Below, one piece after another: positions 18,094 to 28,659 of a DNA stretch of 64,000 bases. Position numbers and translations under genes: made by a program. The notes under the pieces are model-generated. The model saw only the letters and a list, made by a program, of their open reading frames with translations. It was not told where the DNA came from and did not search any database. Each line of letters starts with the position of its first letter. The first letter of the stretch is position 1. Origin of the DNA: Armatimonadota bacterium (GTDB lineage: Bacteria; Armatimonadota; SYMT01); the NCBI GenBank assembly GCA_041690135.1, contig JAWLHY010000014.1, positions 14,140 through 78,139 on the forward strand, written 5' to 3'.

Positions 18094-20715
18094 TTACCAC
18101 GGGATGCCGGTCGCCGCGTTTCCGAGCCGGCTGAGCGCCCGGATCACCGCCACGCGGACGCGCGGGTCGGGGTCTTTCAGGAGGCGCTGGAGCCGGGGCG
18201 CCGCCTCTGGCCCGGCCAGTTCTCCGAGCGCGAAGACCGCCAGCCGGCGAACGCGGGGGTCCGGGTCGTCCAGGGCTGTTTCCAGGGCGGCGCGTGCGGG
18301 CTCTCCCAGGCGGACCAGTCCCCCGGCGGCCTCGCGGCGTACCGGTCCACACGGGTCGTGGAGGGCGGCGAGGAGCGGGGTTACCGCCTCGGGGCTGCCG
18401 GTGGCGCCCAGCGCCCGGGCGGCGAGCTGGCGGAGAGCGCGCTCCGGGCGGGATAGCTCCCCGGCCAGCACCTCGGCCACTTCCTCGGTAGCGGTAGTGG
18501 TGAGGGCCTTCAGGAGAAAGCGCCGGGTCTCGGGATCGGCTTCCGGAAGGCGGCGGGCGAGGGGCACGGCGGCTCGCGGGTTGCCGATCCGTCCCAGCGC
18601 GCCGGCGGCGAGGCGGACCAGGATAACCTGCGGGTCGTCGAGCGCCCGGATCAGCGGCTCCGTCGCACGGGGGTCGCCGATTTTTCCCAGGGCGACGGCC
18701 GCGGCTTCCCGTGCGGGAAGATACGGCGCCGCGAGGGCTTCCAGAAGCGCCGGCACGGCCCGGCGGTCGGGCAACTTGCCCAATGCCTCGGCAGCGAACT
18801 GGACCGTCCCGAGATCGTCATTGCAGACCGAACGGTGCAGCTCCTCGATGAGGGCCGGTACGGTCGCCGGGTCCCGGAGTTCTCCCAGGGCCCAGGCCGC
18901 ATAACAGCGAGCCTCCGCGTCATCCCGCAGCGCCTGCAGGAGCGGCCCCACGGCGCGGGGGTCGCCGATCCGTCCGAGCGCCTGGGCCGCGGTGAAGCGG
19001 CGCCGCTTGCTCTGGTCCTCGAGCAGGGTGACCAACCCCTCGACCACGCTGGGGTCCGGGGACTGGTAGACGTGATGGACGACCGTACACCGGACCCACG
19101 GGTCGTCGTCCCGCAGCAGCGGCAGCAGGAGGGGCGCGCACGCTTCCCCCTGCAGCCGGGCCATGGCGAGGACCGCCGCCAGGCGCACCCAGGCATCCGG
19201 ATCGCGGAGAAGGGACGCCACGGCCTCCCCGGTGCTCCGGTCGCCGAGCCGCCCCAGGGCTTCCACTGCTTCCCGCCGGACCCGGGTCTCCGGGTCTTGC
19301 AGCAAGCGGACCAGGCCCTCCACGGCCCTCGCGCAGCTGGCTTCTCCCATCGCACGGGCGGTGGAGGCCCGCACGCCGGCATCGGGATCGTGGAGAAGCG
19401 GCAGGCCGGCCTCCGCCGCGTCCCCGCCGTCGATCCGGAACGCGCCCGTAACCGCCCACCGGCGCACCTCCGGCTCCGGGTCTTCCAGCGCCTGGAGGAG
19501 CGGGGCCAGCGCTTCCGGCTCCCGTCCCTCGGCCAGGCCGCGCGCGCCGGCAACCCGCGCCCGGGGCTCCTCCGACCGCAGGGCCGCAGTCCACGCCTCG
19601 CGCGCTCCGGCTCCCCGGATCCGGCACACCTCCTCCAGCAGTCGCTCCAGGTCGCCGTGGACCGCCGGAAGCGCGGCCACGATCGCCGGGATCGCCCGCG
19701 GGTCCCTGATCCGTCCGAGCGCGAACACCGCCGCCTCTCGCACGCGCGGCTCCGGATCCCGGGTCACCGGCAGGAGCGGCTCCACCGCCCCCGGGTCCCG
19801 GAGGTATCCCAGGACCTCCGCCGCCCACCCCCGCGTGATCGCGTCGGGATCGGAGAGGGCCGCGGCGATCGCCGGCAGCGCCCACGGTTTCGCCCGGTAA
19901 ACCAGCGCCCGGAAGCAGGCGCGCCGGACCACCGGCTCCGGGTCGGCGGCCCCGCGTTCCAGCAGGGCCTCCTGCACCGCGCGGTCCTCCTGCCAGCCCA
20001 GGGCCTCCGCGGCATCCCAGCGGACCCCCCGGTCGGGGTCATGCAGCGCCGCCAGCAGGAATTCGGTCGTCGTGGGGCTGCAGAACCAACCGAGTGCCCG
20101 GGTCGCGGCGCGCCGCCGGGTGGGATCGGGCTCGCGCAGGACCCCCACGAGGACGGGGACCGCCACGGCCACTCCCAGCTTCTGCAGCGCCTCCGCCGCT
20201 TCCGCGCGGAACTCCCCTCCCGGACGCACCAGCACGCCGGCCAGCGCCTCCGCGGCGCGGGGGTCGCGGAGGCAAGCCAGCGCCCGGCATGCCGCCCCGA
20301 CCGGCACGGCCTGGCCCGCTACGAGAGCTCGGATCAGCGGCTCCACGGCCCGCGGGTCGCCGAGCCTCCCCAGCGCTTCCGCCGCGCGTTCCCGCACCCG
20401 GTCTTTCCGCGCCGAAAGCGCCGCCAGCAGCGGCTCGACCGCGGCCGTCCCGATCCGCACCAGCGCCTGGGAGGCCCGGTTCGCCGTCAACGGCTCCGGG
20501 TCTCCCAGCGTCTCCACCAGCGCCGGAATCGCCCGCGGATCACCGATCCGGCCCAACACCCGGGAGGCATAGCCGCGGACCACCGGGTCTTCGTGCTTCA
20601 GCGCGACGCAGAGCGCCTCCACCGCTTCCGCGCCCAGGTCGCAGAGCCGGGTCACCGCCTCGCGCCGCTCCGGCTCCTCCCGGCCCAGCTCTTCGATCCA
20701 GTGTCGGATGCTCAC
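18094..20715 (-). CDS. PBS-lyase HEAT-like repeat protein
   Basis: Many ALGRIGDPRAV repeats. GTG 20715 follows GGAGGAG. Confidence 0.9.
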   Translation of the reverse strand: MSIRHWIEELGREEPERREAVTRLCDLGAEAVEALCVALKHEDPVVRGYASRVLGRIGDPRAIPALVETLGDPEPLTANRASQALVRIGTAAVEPLLAALSARKDRVRERAAEALGRLGDPRAVEPLIRALVAGQAVPVGAACRALACLRDPRAAEALAGVLVRPGGEFRAEAAEALQKLGVAVAVPVLVGVLREPDPTRRRAATRALGWFCSPTTTEFLLAALHDPDRGVRWDAAEALGWQEDRAVQEALLERGAADPEPVVRRACFRALVYRAKPWALPAIAAALSDPDAITRGWAAEVLGYLRDPGAVEPLLPVTRDPEPRVREAAVFALGRIRDPRAIPAIVAALPAVHGDLERLLEEVCRIRGAGAREAWTAALRSEEPRARVAGARGLAEGREPEALAPLLQALEDPEPEVRRWAVTGAFRIDGGDAAEAGLPLLHDPDAGVRASTARAMGEASCARAVEGLVRLLQDPETRVRREAVEALGRLGDRSTGEAVASLLRDPDAWVRLAAVLAMARLQGEACAPLLLPLLRDDDPWVRCTVVHHVYQSPDPSVVEGLVTLLEDQSKRRRFTAAQALGRIGDPRAVGPLLQALRDDAEARCYAAWALGELRDPATVPALIEELHRSVCNDDLGTVQFAAEALGKLPDRRAVPALLEALAAPYLPAREAAAVALGKIGDPRATEPLIRALDDPQVILVRLAAGALGRIGNPRAAVPLARRLPEADPETRRFLLKALTTTATEEVAEVLAGELSRPERALRQLAARALGATGSPEAVTPLLAALHDPCGPVRREAAGGLVRLGEPARAALETALDDPDPRVRRLAVFALGELAGPEAAPRLQRLLKDPDPRVRVAVIRALSRLGNAATGIPW

Positions 20716-20879
20716 CCTCTCCTCCACTTTCCGACTCACGACGGTACGGGACCCCACTCCGGGAAGTAACGACCCGGCGACTACTCTTTGGAAGACGGGA
20801 TCTCCGAGGGCGGAGTTGCGCCGACTTGCCCCTCTCCGGCTATAAAGACGTGATGCTTCCCGGCCCGACTCACGATCCC

Positions 20880-21581
20880 ATGACCGAACCCAGCAGCGCG
20901 CTCGCCCAGTCCGGTTTTGCCCTCATCCCCGCGGCGGTGGACGCCGATACCGTGCAGCGCCTGCTGCATGCCCTGGAGCGCGTGCCGCCCGAGGTGTGGC
21001 TGCGCCGCGAGGAGCGCCAGGGGTACGCCCTGCGCAACCTGCTTGCTCACGCCCCCAAGGTGGCGGAGTGGGCGGCCTCCGGGGAAGTCCGCGCCTGGGT
21101 TGAGGCGGTGCTCGGCCCCGCGGCGTTCCCGGTCCAGTCGCTGCTGTTCGACAAGCACCCAGAGGCCAACTGGAAGGTCCGCTGGCACCAGGACGTGATG
21201 ATCCCGGTCCGCGAGCGGCGGGAAACGCCGGGCTTCCGTTCCTGGTCCGTCAAGGCCGGCCAGGTCTACGTCCAGCCGCCCGCCGCGGTCCTGGAGCGGA
21301 TGCTGATCCTGCGGCTGCATCTCGACGACTGCCCCGCCGAGAACGGCGCCCTGCGGGTGATCCCGGGCTCTCACGCCCGCGGCCGGCTGGACACGGAGGC
21401 GGTGCAGGAGTGGCGCGCGCGGGTTCCGGAGGTCACCTGCGCCCTGCCCGCCGGCGGTCTCCTGCTGATGCGGCCGCTCCTGCTCCACGCTTCGGCGCCG
21501 GCGGTCCGGCCCGGTCACCGGCGCGTGATCCACCTCGAGTTCGCCGCCGACCCCCTTCCCGGCGGTCTTCAATGGCCATAG
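20880..21581 (+). CDS. phytanoyl-CoA dioxygenase (PhyH) family 2OG-Fe(II) enzyme
   Basis: WHQD, LHLDD..ENGALRVIPGSH, LLLHAS, RRVIHLEF. Confidence 0.9.
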   Translation: MTEPSSALAQSGFALIPAAVDADTVQRLLHALERVPPEVWLRREERQGYALRNLLAHAPKVAEWAASGEVRAWVEAVLGPAAFPVQSLLFDKHPEANWKVRWHQDVMIPVRERRETPGFRSWSVKAGQVYVQPPAAVLERMLILRLHLDDCPAENGALRVIPGSHARGRLDTEAVQEWRARVPEVTCALPAGGLLLMRPLLLHASAPAVRPGHRRVIHLEFAADPLPGGLQWP

Positions 21582-21756
21582 GGGCCACGGGTTAGCGGCG
21601 ATGGATCCTAACCCCGCACCCTGGGCCATCCCGAATTGAGGATCGAAGAAGGTCCTCCCGCCCCCGCCCTGGAAACGGACACCAGACCTTCGCCTTCAGC
21701 CTGACTCCGCCGGGGAGGGTGGGCGACCCCTATGCAACACGGAGCACGTATCGCGT

Positions 21757-23178
21757 ATGCGACGTCTTTCGCTCTCGGCCCTGATCTCGCTCTTGCTCAT
21801 CATGACCCTCGCGTCGATGGGGGTGGATGCCCACGAGATCACCCTGGAGACGAAACGGGTTACGCTGGGGGAAGCGGTCGAGGAGCTGCAAAAACAGACG
21901 GGGTTCGAGTACCGGGTCGCGGTCCCCAAGGAGATCGAACAGGCCCGGCGCGAACTTCAGTGGCGGCGGGCGCCGCTTTCCCGCGCGCTGAACGAGCTCT
22001 CCGAAGCATTCGGCTGCGACATCTTCAGCGTCGACTCCAGCGGCTTCTTCATCATCCCGGCGCAAAAGGTGGAGAAGAAGGAACTACCGGTCGGCCCCTA
22101 CCGCCTGCGCGCCGCGCCGCTGGTGCCGCTCAATGAAGAGGGGCAGGTGCAGTTGACCCTCGTCTTCGCCGCGCCGGACGACGAGCGGATGGAAGCCGTG
22201 GCCGGCCTGGCGGGCGACCTGCGGGTGCTCGACTCGTTCGGCCGTTCCCTGCTGCCCCCCAACCCGATGGGCATCCGTCGCACCACCGCCTCCCGGGTGC
22301 GGCTCACGGAGTACTGGCACCGCCTGCAGATCCCCCTGCGGGACGGTCGCGCCGCCCGGCTGCGCTCCGTCAGCGGCTCCCTGCTGCTCTACCGGAGAGT
22401 GGTGCCGCTCCGGTTCGAATTCCCGGTCGCGGGACCCCCGGACGCGGTTCGCCCGCAGCCGCTCAAACAGGAAGGGGTCGAAACCCGGCTCGAAAAATGG
22501 TCGGGCGAGGGGCGGGAGTTTGCCGCCACGACTCTACTGTCCTGGCAGGAGTCCGACACGCGAGAGCTCGTCGGCCGTGGCATCAGCCGGACACCTCAAC
22601 CTTATTTGATCGATGCGGGCGGGCGCGTCTACCGCGATTTCCGGGTGAACCGGGTCCGCCGTCAGGAGGTGGAAGGCCGGATGGTACAGGAGCAGTCGGT
22701 CCGCTTCGAGGGCGTGGAGGCCCCACCGGCTCGTCTCGTTTACGAGCTGTTCCTGCGGGAGGACCCCTCCGCCACCCTCCCGTTCCGGCTGACGGACCTG
22801 TCGCTCCCGAACGCCGCCACCACGCCCTTCAAACCGGAGCTGCGACCGTTTTTTGTCGAACCGGGCGGGGGCCTGGTCTTCCAGGTCCGCGACCGCAACG
22901 GAAAGCCGTTGGAAGGGGAAGTGGCCCTGGCCCTCTCCCGGCGGGAAGAGGAGGGTTGGTCCGGCTGGCGCTGGTTCGAAACAGTCACCACCGCCGACGG
23001 CACGCTGCGGATCGAGAACCTCCGCCCCGGCACCTACCGGGTGCGCCGGCTCTTCCGCTTCGAGCCATCGCGTCCTCCGGTCGCGCCCGTGGGAACCACC
23101 CTGACCGTTACGGTGGAGGCGCGCAAAGAAGCGGCGCTTCCCACTCTGCAGCTCCCGGTGGCCACGCCCGAGCCCTGA
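21757..23178 (+). CDS. secreted hypothetical protein; STN-like N-terminus, carboxypeptidase-regulatory-like C-terminus
   Basis: Signal peptide; ITLETKRVTLGEAVEELQKQTG; VRDRNGKPLEG...TTADGTLRIENLRPGTYRV. Confidence 0.7.
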   Translation: MRRLSLSALISLLLIMTLASMGVDAHEITLETKRVTLGEAVEELQKQTGFEYRVAVPKEIEQARRELQWRRAPLSRALNELSEAFGCDIFSVDSSGFFIIPAQKVEKKELPVGPYRLRAAPLVPLNEEGQVQLTLVFAAPDDERMEAVAGLAGDLRVLDSFGRSLLPPNPMGIRRTTASRVRLTEYWHRLQIPLRDGRAARLRSVSGSLLLYRRVVPLRFEFPVAGPPDAVRPQPLKQEGVETRLEKWSGEGREFAATTLLSWQESDTRELVGRGISRTPQPYLIDAGGRVYRDFRVNRVRRQEVEGRMVQEQSVRFEGVEAPPARLVYELFLREDPSATLPFRLTDLSLPNAATTPFKPELRPFFVEPGGGLVFQVRDRNGKPLEGEVALALSRREEEGWSGWRWFETVTTADGTLRIENLRPGTYRVRRLFRFEPSRPPVAPVGTTLTVTVEARKEAALPTLQLPVATPEP

Positions 23179-23301
23179 AAGATCCGAGGGAACCTGCGAC
23201 GCCTCAAAAGGGTCCGTAGGATTGGACGAACACCGCGATGGGTAGATTCGTTCGTTCCCGCCGGCACCGAGCAGATTCCGGCGGTGGGGAGAACTACGAA
23301 A

Positions 23302-23646
23302 ATGATGAAAACACGCTTTCTCACCGGCTCTCTGGCGGCGGTCATCCTGGCGGGCGGTCTCAGCTTTGCACCGCTAAGCGCCGCGCACGCCGCCAGCGGC
23401 CGGGAGAATCTTTATCGTATAGGCACTTACGTCGGAACGGCCGGGACCATCTACGCCCTCGCCAAGGGTGAAGATACCTGGGCCCTCGTCGGCGGCGCCG
23501 CCACGCTCCTTTCCTACTCGCAGTGGCGGAAGGAAATGAAGGGCCGGCACAAGGACGAGAGGGCGGCTTATCGCCGGTACCGCACCAATTGGCTGAAGAA
23601 GCACAAGGGCAAGCGGATCGTCCGGGTGAACGGTCGCCGTCGTTAG
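23302..23646 (+). CDS. small secreted/membrane basic protein
   Basis: Signal peptide ending AHA, Gly-rich hydrophobic segments, Lys/Arg-rich tail. Confidence 0.7.
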   Translation: MMKTRFLTGSLAAVILAGGLSFAPLSAAHAASGRENLYRIGTYVGTAGTIYALAKGEDTWALVGGAATLLSYSQWRKEMKGRHKDERAAYRRYRTNWLKKHKGKRIVRVNGRRR

Positions 23647-23723
23647 GAACGGACCGCCGGCTCCACGCCGCAGGTTTCTTACACCCTCCCGCCGGGAACG
23701 TAACCGGCGAGGAGGGTTGTTTT

Positions 23724-24023
23724 ATGGCACGTGACGTTTACTATCCGGCAGCGGTGGACGAGGAGACTCCCACTGCGCCGCTGCTCTTTGTCAGCCACAC
23801 CGGCTTTCTCCGGGCCACCGGCGAGGAACTCCGGTCCCCGGATCCCCAGGAGCGCATTGAGCGCCTGCGCCGCGGACTGGGCAAGCTCGACAACGATTTT
23901 CCGCAATGGCTGGAAGCGATCGAGTCCGAAACCGCGGACGGCTTGGTGCTCCGTTTCCGCGACATCGACGCGCTGCGCAACGTGGAAGTGGTAATGCGCA
24001 ACCACGGGATGCACCGTCGTTAG
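23724..24023 (+). CDS. hypothetical protein
   Basis: AGGAGG upstream of ATG 23724; normal protein composition. Confidence 0.65.
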   Translation: MARDVYYPAAVDEETPTAPLLFVSHTGFLRATGEELRSPDPQERIERLRRGLGKLDNDFPQWLEAIESETADGLVLRFRDIDALRNVEVVMRNHGMHRR

Positions 24024-24145
24024 TATTTTTTTCGAGTCCTCGCCAATACCCGGCGGCGCTGGTCAACTAAATTCATGACCGGCGCCGCCGCTTGCCGTTT
24101 CCGGCGTTGCCGCGCTCTGTAATGTCTCACCAACGCGAGGACCCG

Positions 24146-24544
24146 ATGGGCTGCCTGCACCCCGTCAAACCTGAATTCCCGGCCGGGATTCCCCTGGCTC
24201 GACCTTCTCACGATCTGGGTGCGTTGCTGCACCTGGTGGAAGGTGACTTGGAGCTGCTCCGCGACATGGTGCGCCTCTATCTCGACCTGGAACCGGAGGC
24301 GCTGCGGGACCTGGGAGGCGCGTTGCGCGATCGGAACGGGGAAGCCGTCGCCCGGCAGGCGCATGCGCTCAAGAGCGCCCTCAGCACCCTGCACGCTTCC
24401 GCGGGGGTCCGCGCCGTCGTCGAGCTGGAGAAGCACGTCCGTTCCGGCCGGATCGATTACGCGGAGCAGACCTGGAAACGCCTGGTGCGGGAGCTTTCGG
24501 GCCTCCGTCAGGAACTCGAGCCCCTCATTCGCACCCAGGCCTGA
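24146..24544 (+). CDS. stand-alone Hpt (histidine phosphotransfer) domain protein
   Basis: GDLELLRDMVRLYL...QAHALKSA motif. Confidence 0.85.
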   Translation: MGCLHPVKPEFPAGIPLARPSHDLGALLHLVEGDLELLRDMVRLYLDLEPEALRDLGGALRDRNGEAVARQAHALKSALSTLHASAGVRAVVELEKHVRSGRIDYAEQTWKRLVRELSGLRQELEPLIRTQA

Positions 24545-24673
24545 TCCAGACAACAAACCCCCACTAAAGGTTTAGAGGCAACGGGTCATTCGGGTAGAAC
24601 CTCCCGTGGTGGGGTGAATGACCGCTTACCAGGCGGCCAGGGCCAACTTTCCCCCACCGGTGGAGAGACGGCC

Positions 24674-24916
24674 ATGCTCGAACCGCGTGATATTCCCGCC
24701 CCCGACTACGAGAATCAGTTTGTCCTGCTTTCGGTTGCCGATGCTATCGCCAAGGCGGAAGCCGGTCGTTACGCCGATGGCTTTGCCTGCCTGCAGGCCG
24801 GCCTGGAACGCGCCTACGAGCATGTGCGGGCGGGCGAACCCTGGGGTGCCGCGCTGGTGGAACGCTGGGAGCGCTCGCTGGAGAACTTCTGCCGCACCTA
24901 TCCGGTTCTCGCCTGA
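24674..24916 (+). CDS. small hypothetical helical protein
   Basis: GGAGAG upstream of ATG 24674; plausible composition. Confidence 0.6.
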   Translation: MLEPRDIPAPDYENQFVLLSVADAIAKAEAGRYADGFACLQAGLERAYEHVRAGEPWGAALVERWERSLENFCRTYPVLA

Positions 24917-25125
24917 TCCGGTGGCAGAACGCGTGGCTTGAAGCCTTTGAAAAACTCCGGGCGGACCGGTTTGTGAAGGAGCGGTCCCGGGTAAGATCCA
25001 GCAGCCGGACATCTCCTCGCACGGGGAGGTGCAGTCCCACACCGGGCCTCCGGCGTTATGGACAGGGAAGCCGAAGGGGCACGCAAGTGCCCCTTCACCA
25101 TTTTCTGATCGGATTCCCCTCGGGT

Positions 25126-25998
25126 TCAACGCTTCAGAAAAGCCAGGAGAGCGCAGTTGACCTCCTCGGGAGCCTCATTCTGCACCCAGTGCCCGACGCT
25201 CGGAATGCGGTGGACGTGGATCCGAGGCACCACCTGCTCCAGCCCATCCAGCAGGCGCAGGTCGAGCGCCGGGTCCCGCTCCCCCCAGAGCACCAGCGTC
25301 TCCGCCTCCACCTGCGCACTGCGGGCGAGCTCCAACCCTCCGGGAGACAGCAACGCCGCCCGGTAGTAGTTCAAGGCCGCCGTCAGCGCGCCCGGTTGGG
25401 CCAGCGCCCGCACGTACTGCTCGATGTCTTCTTCGGAAAAGGCGTTGGAACGGGCGGATGCCCTCCGGAACATCTCGCGCACGGCGCGGAAGTCGCGTGC
25501 CGCCAGCACCCGCTCCGGGACGCGCGGCAGCAGGAAGAAGAGCACGTACCAGCTCCGGAACATCTGCGGAGAACGCCAGACTTTGTCCAGGTAGAGCCGC
25601 ACGTGCGGGGCGTTGAAGATGACGAGCCGCTCCAACAGCTCGGGGTGCGCGCCGGCGAAGGTCCACGCGATGATCCCGCCCCAGTCGTGCCCGCCGAGGT
25701 GAGCCCGGGGATAACCGGTCGCGCGGACCACGCAGGCGACGTCCTCCACGAGATATCGCAGGTGGTAGGCTTCCCGCCCGACCGGGCGCTCCGAAAGGTG
25801 GTAGCCGCGCAGGTCCGGCATCCAAACGGAATAACCCGCCGTGACCAGCGGTGCCACCTGCCGCCTCCACGAGATCCAGTGCTCAGGGAAACCATGGAGC
25901 AAGATCACCGGCGGGCCTTCGCCGGCCCGGGCCACATGGAGCTCGATCCTATCACCTCGAATTCTTTCGTGCTGTATTCCAGCCTCCAGATCCGCCAT
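25126..25998 (-). CDS. alpha/beta hydrolase, epoxide hydrolase-like
   Basis: HGFPE, DLRGY, GHDWGG, NYYRA, GHWVQ. Confidence 0.92.
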   Translation of the reverse strand: MADLEAGIQHERIRGDRIELHVARAGEGPPVILLHGFPEHWISWRRQVAPLVTAGYSVWMPDLRGYHLSERPVGREAYHLRYLVEDVACVVRATGYPRAHLGGHDWGGIIAWTFAGAHPELLERLVIFNAPHVRLYLDKVWRSPQMFRSWYVLFFLLPRVPERVLAARDFRAVREMFRRASARSNAFSEEDIEQYVRALAQPGALTAALNYYRAALLSPGGLELARSAQVEAETLVLWGERDPALDLRLLDGLEQVVPRIHVHRIPSVGHWVQNEAPEEVNCALLAFLKR

Positions 25999-26051
25999 GG
26001 GTTTACCAATCCTGTTCAAGAAGGCTCGCAGCACTCCCCAGGAAGGAGCGA

Positions 26052-26288
26052 ATGGCGATGAGCGCACGACGTGCCTGGACCTACGCCGCCGGGTTGTTTT
26101 CGGTCATCACCCTCATTACAGGATGCACGCTTCCGTTCCTGAAGTGGCATCCGCAGGCTTCTTTTGATGTGCTCGGCGTGGGTTGGCTCTTGACGAATTC
26201 TCCGAACCTGTTTCTCTGGGTGCTGTGTCTGTTCATGGCGGTCCTCGCTCTCTACTGCTGGGTCCGCACGGCGCTGGCGGAGGGATAG
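26052..26288 (+). CDS. small 2-TM membrane protein
   Basis: AAGGAG upstream; two hydrophobic segments. Confidence 0.55.
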   Translation: MAMSARRAWTYAAGLFSVITLITGCTLPFLKWHPQASFDVLGVGWLLTNSPNLFLWVLCLFMAVLALYCWVRTALAEG

Positions 26289-26409
26289 GGGCGCCGCAGT
26301 CGCGACACCGCCAGTGCCGCCACGACACTCTGGAAGGCAGGGCAGTGGAGTGCCCTCGGTGAATGTACGGGGACGCTGCTTCACCTATTCCCTTTCCCGG
26401 AGGTCGTTC

Positions 26410-28635
26410 ATGGAGAGTACCCTTAACCGCGTTCATCGCCGGTTTGTCGTCCCGGTACTCACGGTTCTGCTACTGACCGCGGGCTCGTTGGCCCGTGCCT
26501 CCGTCACCGCCCCTTCCGTTTCCGCGAGGGCCAATCCCCGGCCCAATATTCTGGTGATCCTCTCGGACGACATGGGCTACTCCGATATCGGGTGCTACGG
26601 GGGCGAGATCCGCACCCCCAACCTGGATCGCCTCGCAAAGAACGGGCTGCGGTTCACCCAGTTCTACAATACCGCTCGTTGCTGCCCCACCCGCGCCAGC
26701 CTCCTCAGCGGTCTCTACCCCCACCAGGCCGGCGTTGGGCACATGATGGACGACCGCGGCCACGACGGCTACCGGGGAGAGCTGAACCGGCGCAGCGTCA
26801 CGATCGCCGAAGCGCTGAAGCCTGCCGGCTACCGCACCTATATGACCGGCAAGTGGCACATCACCAAGGCGACCCGGCCGGAAGGTCCTAAGGACAACTG
26901 GCCCCGCCAGCGCGGCTTCGACCGGTTCTACGGCACGATCACCGGGGCCGGCAGCTTCTATGACCCGGGCACCCTCACCCGCGACAACACCGCCGTCTCC
27001 GCCTATGCGGACCCGGAGTACCGGCCGAAGCGGTACTACTACACGGACGCCATCAGCGATCACGCCATCCGCTACCTGCGGGAACACCGGCAATCCGACC
27101 CGGCGAACCCCTTCTTCATGTACGTCGCCTACACGGCGGCCCACTGGCCAATGCACGCGCTGGAGGAGGACATCGCCCGCTACCGCGGCCGGTACGACCA
27201 GGGCTACGCGCCGGTGCGCCGGGCCCGGTTCGAGCGCATGAAGAAGCTGGACCTGATCGACCGCAGCTCGCCGATGAGCGCCATCGTGGGCGAATGGAGC
27301 GGGGTGGACAACAAGGCGTGGGAAAGCCGCTGCATGGAGGTGTACGCCGCCATGGTGGATCGGATGGACCAAGGCATCGGGCGGATCGTGGAGACTCTGA
27401 AGGCGACCGGCCAACTCGAGAACACCCTCATCCTCTACATGCAGGACAACGGCGGCTGCGCCGAAACGGTCGGGCGCAGCGGTAACCAGGCCCGTGCGGA
27501 GCGGCCCACCCTCCCCGCCATGCGGCCCGAAGAGCTGATGGGCGGGATTCGACCCTCGCAGACCCGCAGCGGTTATCCGGTGCTCACCGGCACCGGCGTG
27601 ATGCCCGGCCCGGACGACACCTACATTGCCTACGGCGAGGGCTGGGCGAACGTCTCCAACACCCCCTTTCGCGAGTACAAGCACTGGGTCCACGAAGGCG
27701 GCATCTCCACCCCGCTGATTGCGCACTGGCCCCGCGGCATCCGCAAGGCCCAGCGGAACCGGCTGGTCACCGATCCCGGCCACCTCATCGACGTGATGGC
27801 GACCTGCATCGACCTCTCCGGGGTCGCTTATCCCCGGGAGCGCAATGGGCAGGCAATCACGCCACCGGAAGGGATCAGCCTGCGCCCGGCGTTCGAGGGC
27901 CGTCCGCTCTCCCGGCCAAAGCCGATCTTCTGGGAGCACGAGGGGAACCGGGCCGTCCGGGTGGGCTCCTGGAAGCTGGTAGCCAAAGGGGAAAAGGGCC
28001 CCTGGGAGCTGTATGACCTCACCACCGACCGCACCGAGCAGCAGGATCTGGCCGCGCGTCATCCGGAGCGGGTGAAGGAGATGGCCGCGCAGTGGCAGGC
28101 CTGGGCCGAGCGGTCTATGGTGCTGCCGCTCAACCCTCGCCCGGCGGGACGGGCAGCGGAAACCTTCAGCACCCGGAAACGGTTCGAGTTGAAGGGCGGG
28201 GACGAGCTGCCCCGCGAGCAAGCCCCCAACGTCAGGGGTAAAGGGTTCGCACTCACGCTCGAAATCACCGCACCGGGCGAAGAGGGGGTGCTGGTCGCGC
28301 AGGGTGGCTCGGCCGAAGGCTACGCGCTCTACGTCCAGGCGGGGAAGCCGGTGTTCGCCATGCGGCACGGCGGAAAGCTGACCCAACTGGCCGCGCCGGA
28401 CCGCCTGCCCGCGGGACCGGTCCGGCTCATCCTATCGCTCAATTCGGACGGCACGGTTAGCCTTCGCTCTGGGGACCGGGAGCTCGTTTCCGGGAAAGTG
28501 CCGGGCCCCCTCGGCCGGATGCCCGTCGACGGCCTCCAGGTCGGCCGCGACACGACGGGAGCGGTAGGCCCTTACACGGCCCCATTTCCCTTCACCGGGA
28601 GGATCGGCCGGGTAGTGCTGACAGTCACGGAATAG
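26410..28635 (+). CDS. secreted arylsulfatase with C-terminal LamG-like domain
   Basis: Signal peptide, DDMGYSD, CCPTR, GKWH, DNGG, HEGGISTP; C-terminal GVLVAQGG...PFPFTGRIGRV. Confidence 0.92.
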   Translation: MESTLNRVHRRFVVPVLTVLLLTAGSLARASVTAPSVSARANPRPNILVILSDDMGYSDIGCYGGEIRTPNLDRLAKNGLRFTQFYNTARCCPTRASLLSGLYPHQAGVGHMMDDRGHDGYRGELNRRSVTIAEALKPAGYRTYMTGKWHITKATRPEGPKDNWPRQRGFDRFYGTITGAGSFYDPGTLTRDNTAVSAYADPEYRPKRYYYTDAISDHAIRYLREHRQSDPANPFFMYVAYTAAHWPMHALEEDIARYRGRYDQGYAPVRRARFERMKKLDLIDRSSPMSAIVGEWSGVDNKAWESRCMEVYAAMVDRMDQGIGRIVETLKATGQLENTLILYMQDNGGCAETVGRSGNQARAERPTLPAMRPEELMGGIRPSQTRSGYPVLTGTGVMPGPDDTYIAYGEGWANVSNTPFREYKHWVHEGGISTPLIAHWPRGIRKAQRNRLVTDPGHLIDVMATCIDLSGVAYPRERNGQAITPPEGISLRPAFEGRPLSRPKPIFWEHEGNRAVRVGSWKLVAKGEKGPWELYDLTTDRTEQQDLAARHPERVKEMAAQWQAWAERSMVLPLNPRPAGRAAETFSTRKRFELKGGDELPREQAPNVRGKGFALTLEITAPGEEGVLVAQGGSAEGYALYVQAGKPVFAMRHGGKLTQLAAPDRLPAGPVRLILSLNSDGTVSLRSGDRELVSGKVPGPLGRMPVDGLQVGRDTTGAVGPYTAPFPFTGRIGRVVLTVTE

Positions 28636-28659
28636 GCCGGACGGCTCACACCCGGTCTA

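Noticed and set aside
24914-24976. Other UGA read-through candidates
   Set aside because: The UGA is not preceded by a Cys/redox motif and the frame closes again quickly; other UGA stops I looked at also lacked such a context.
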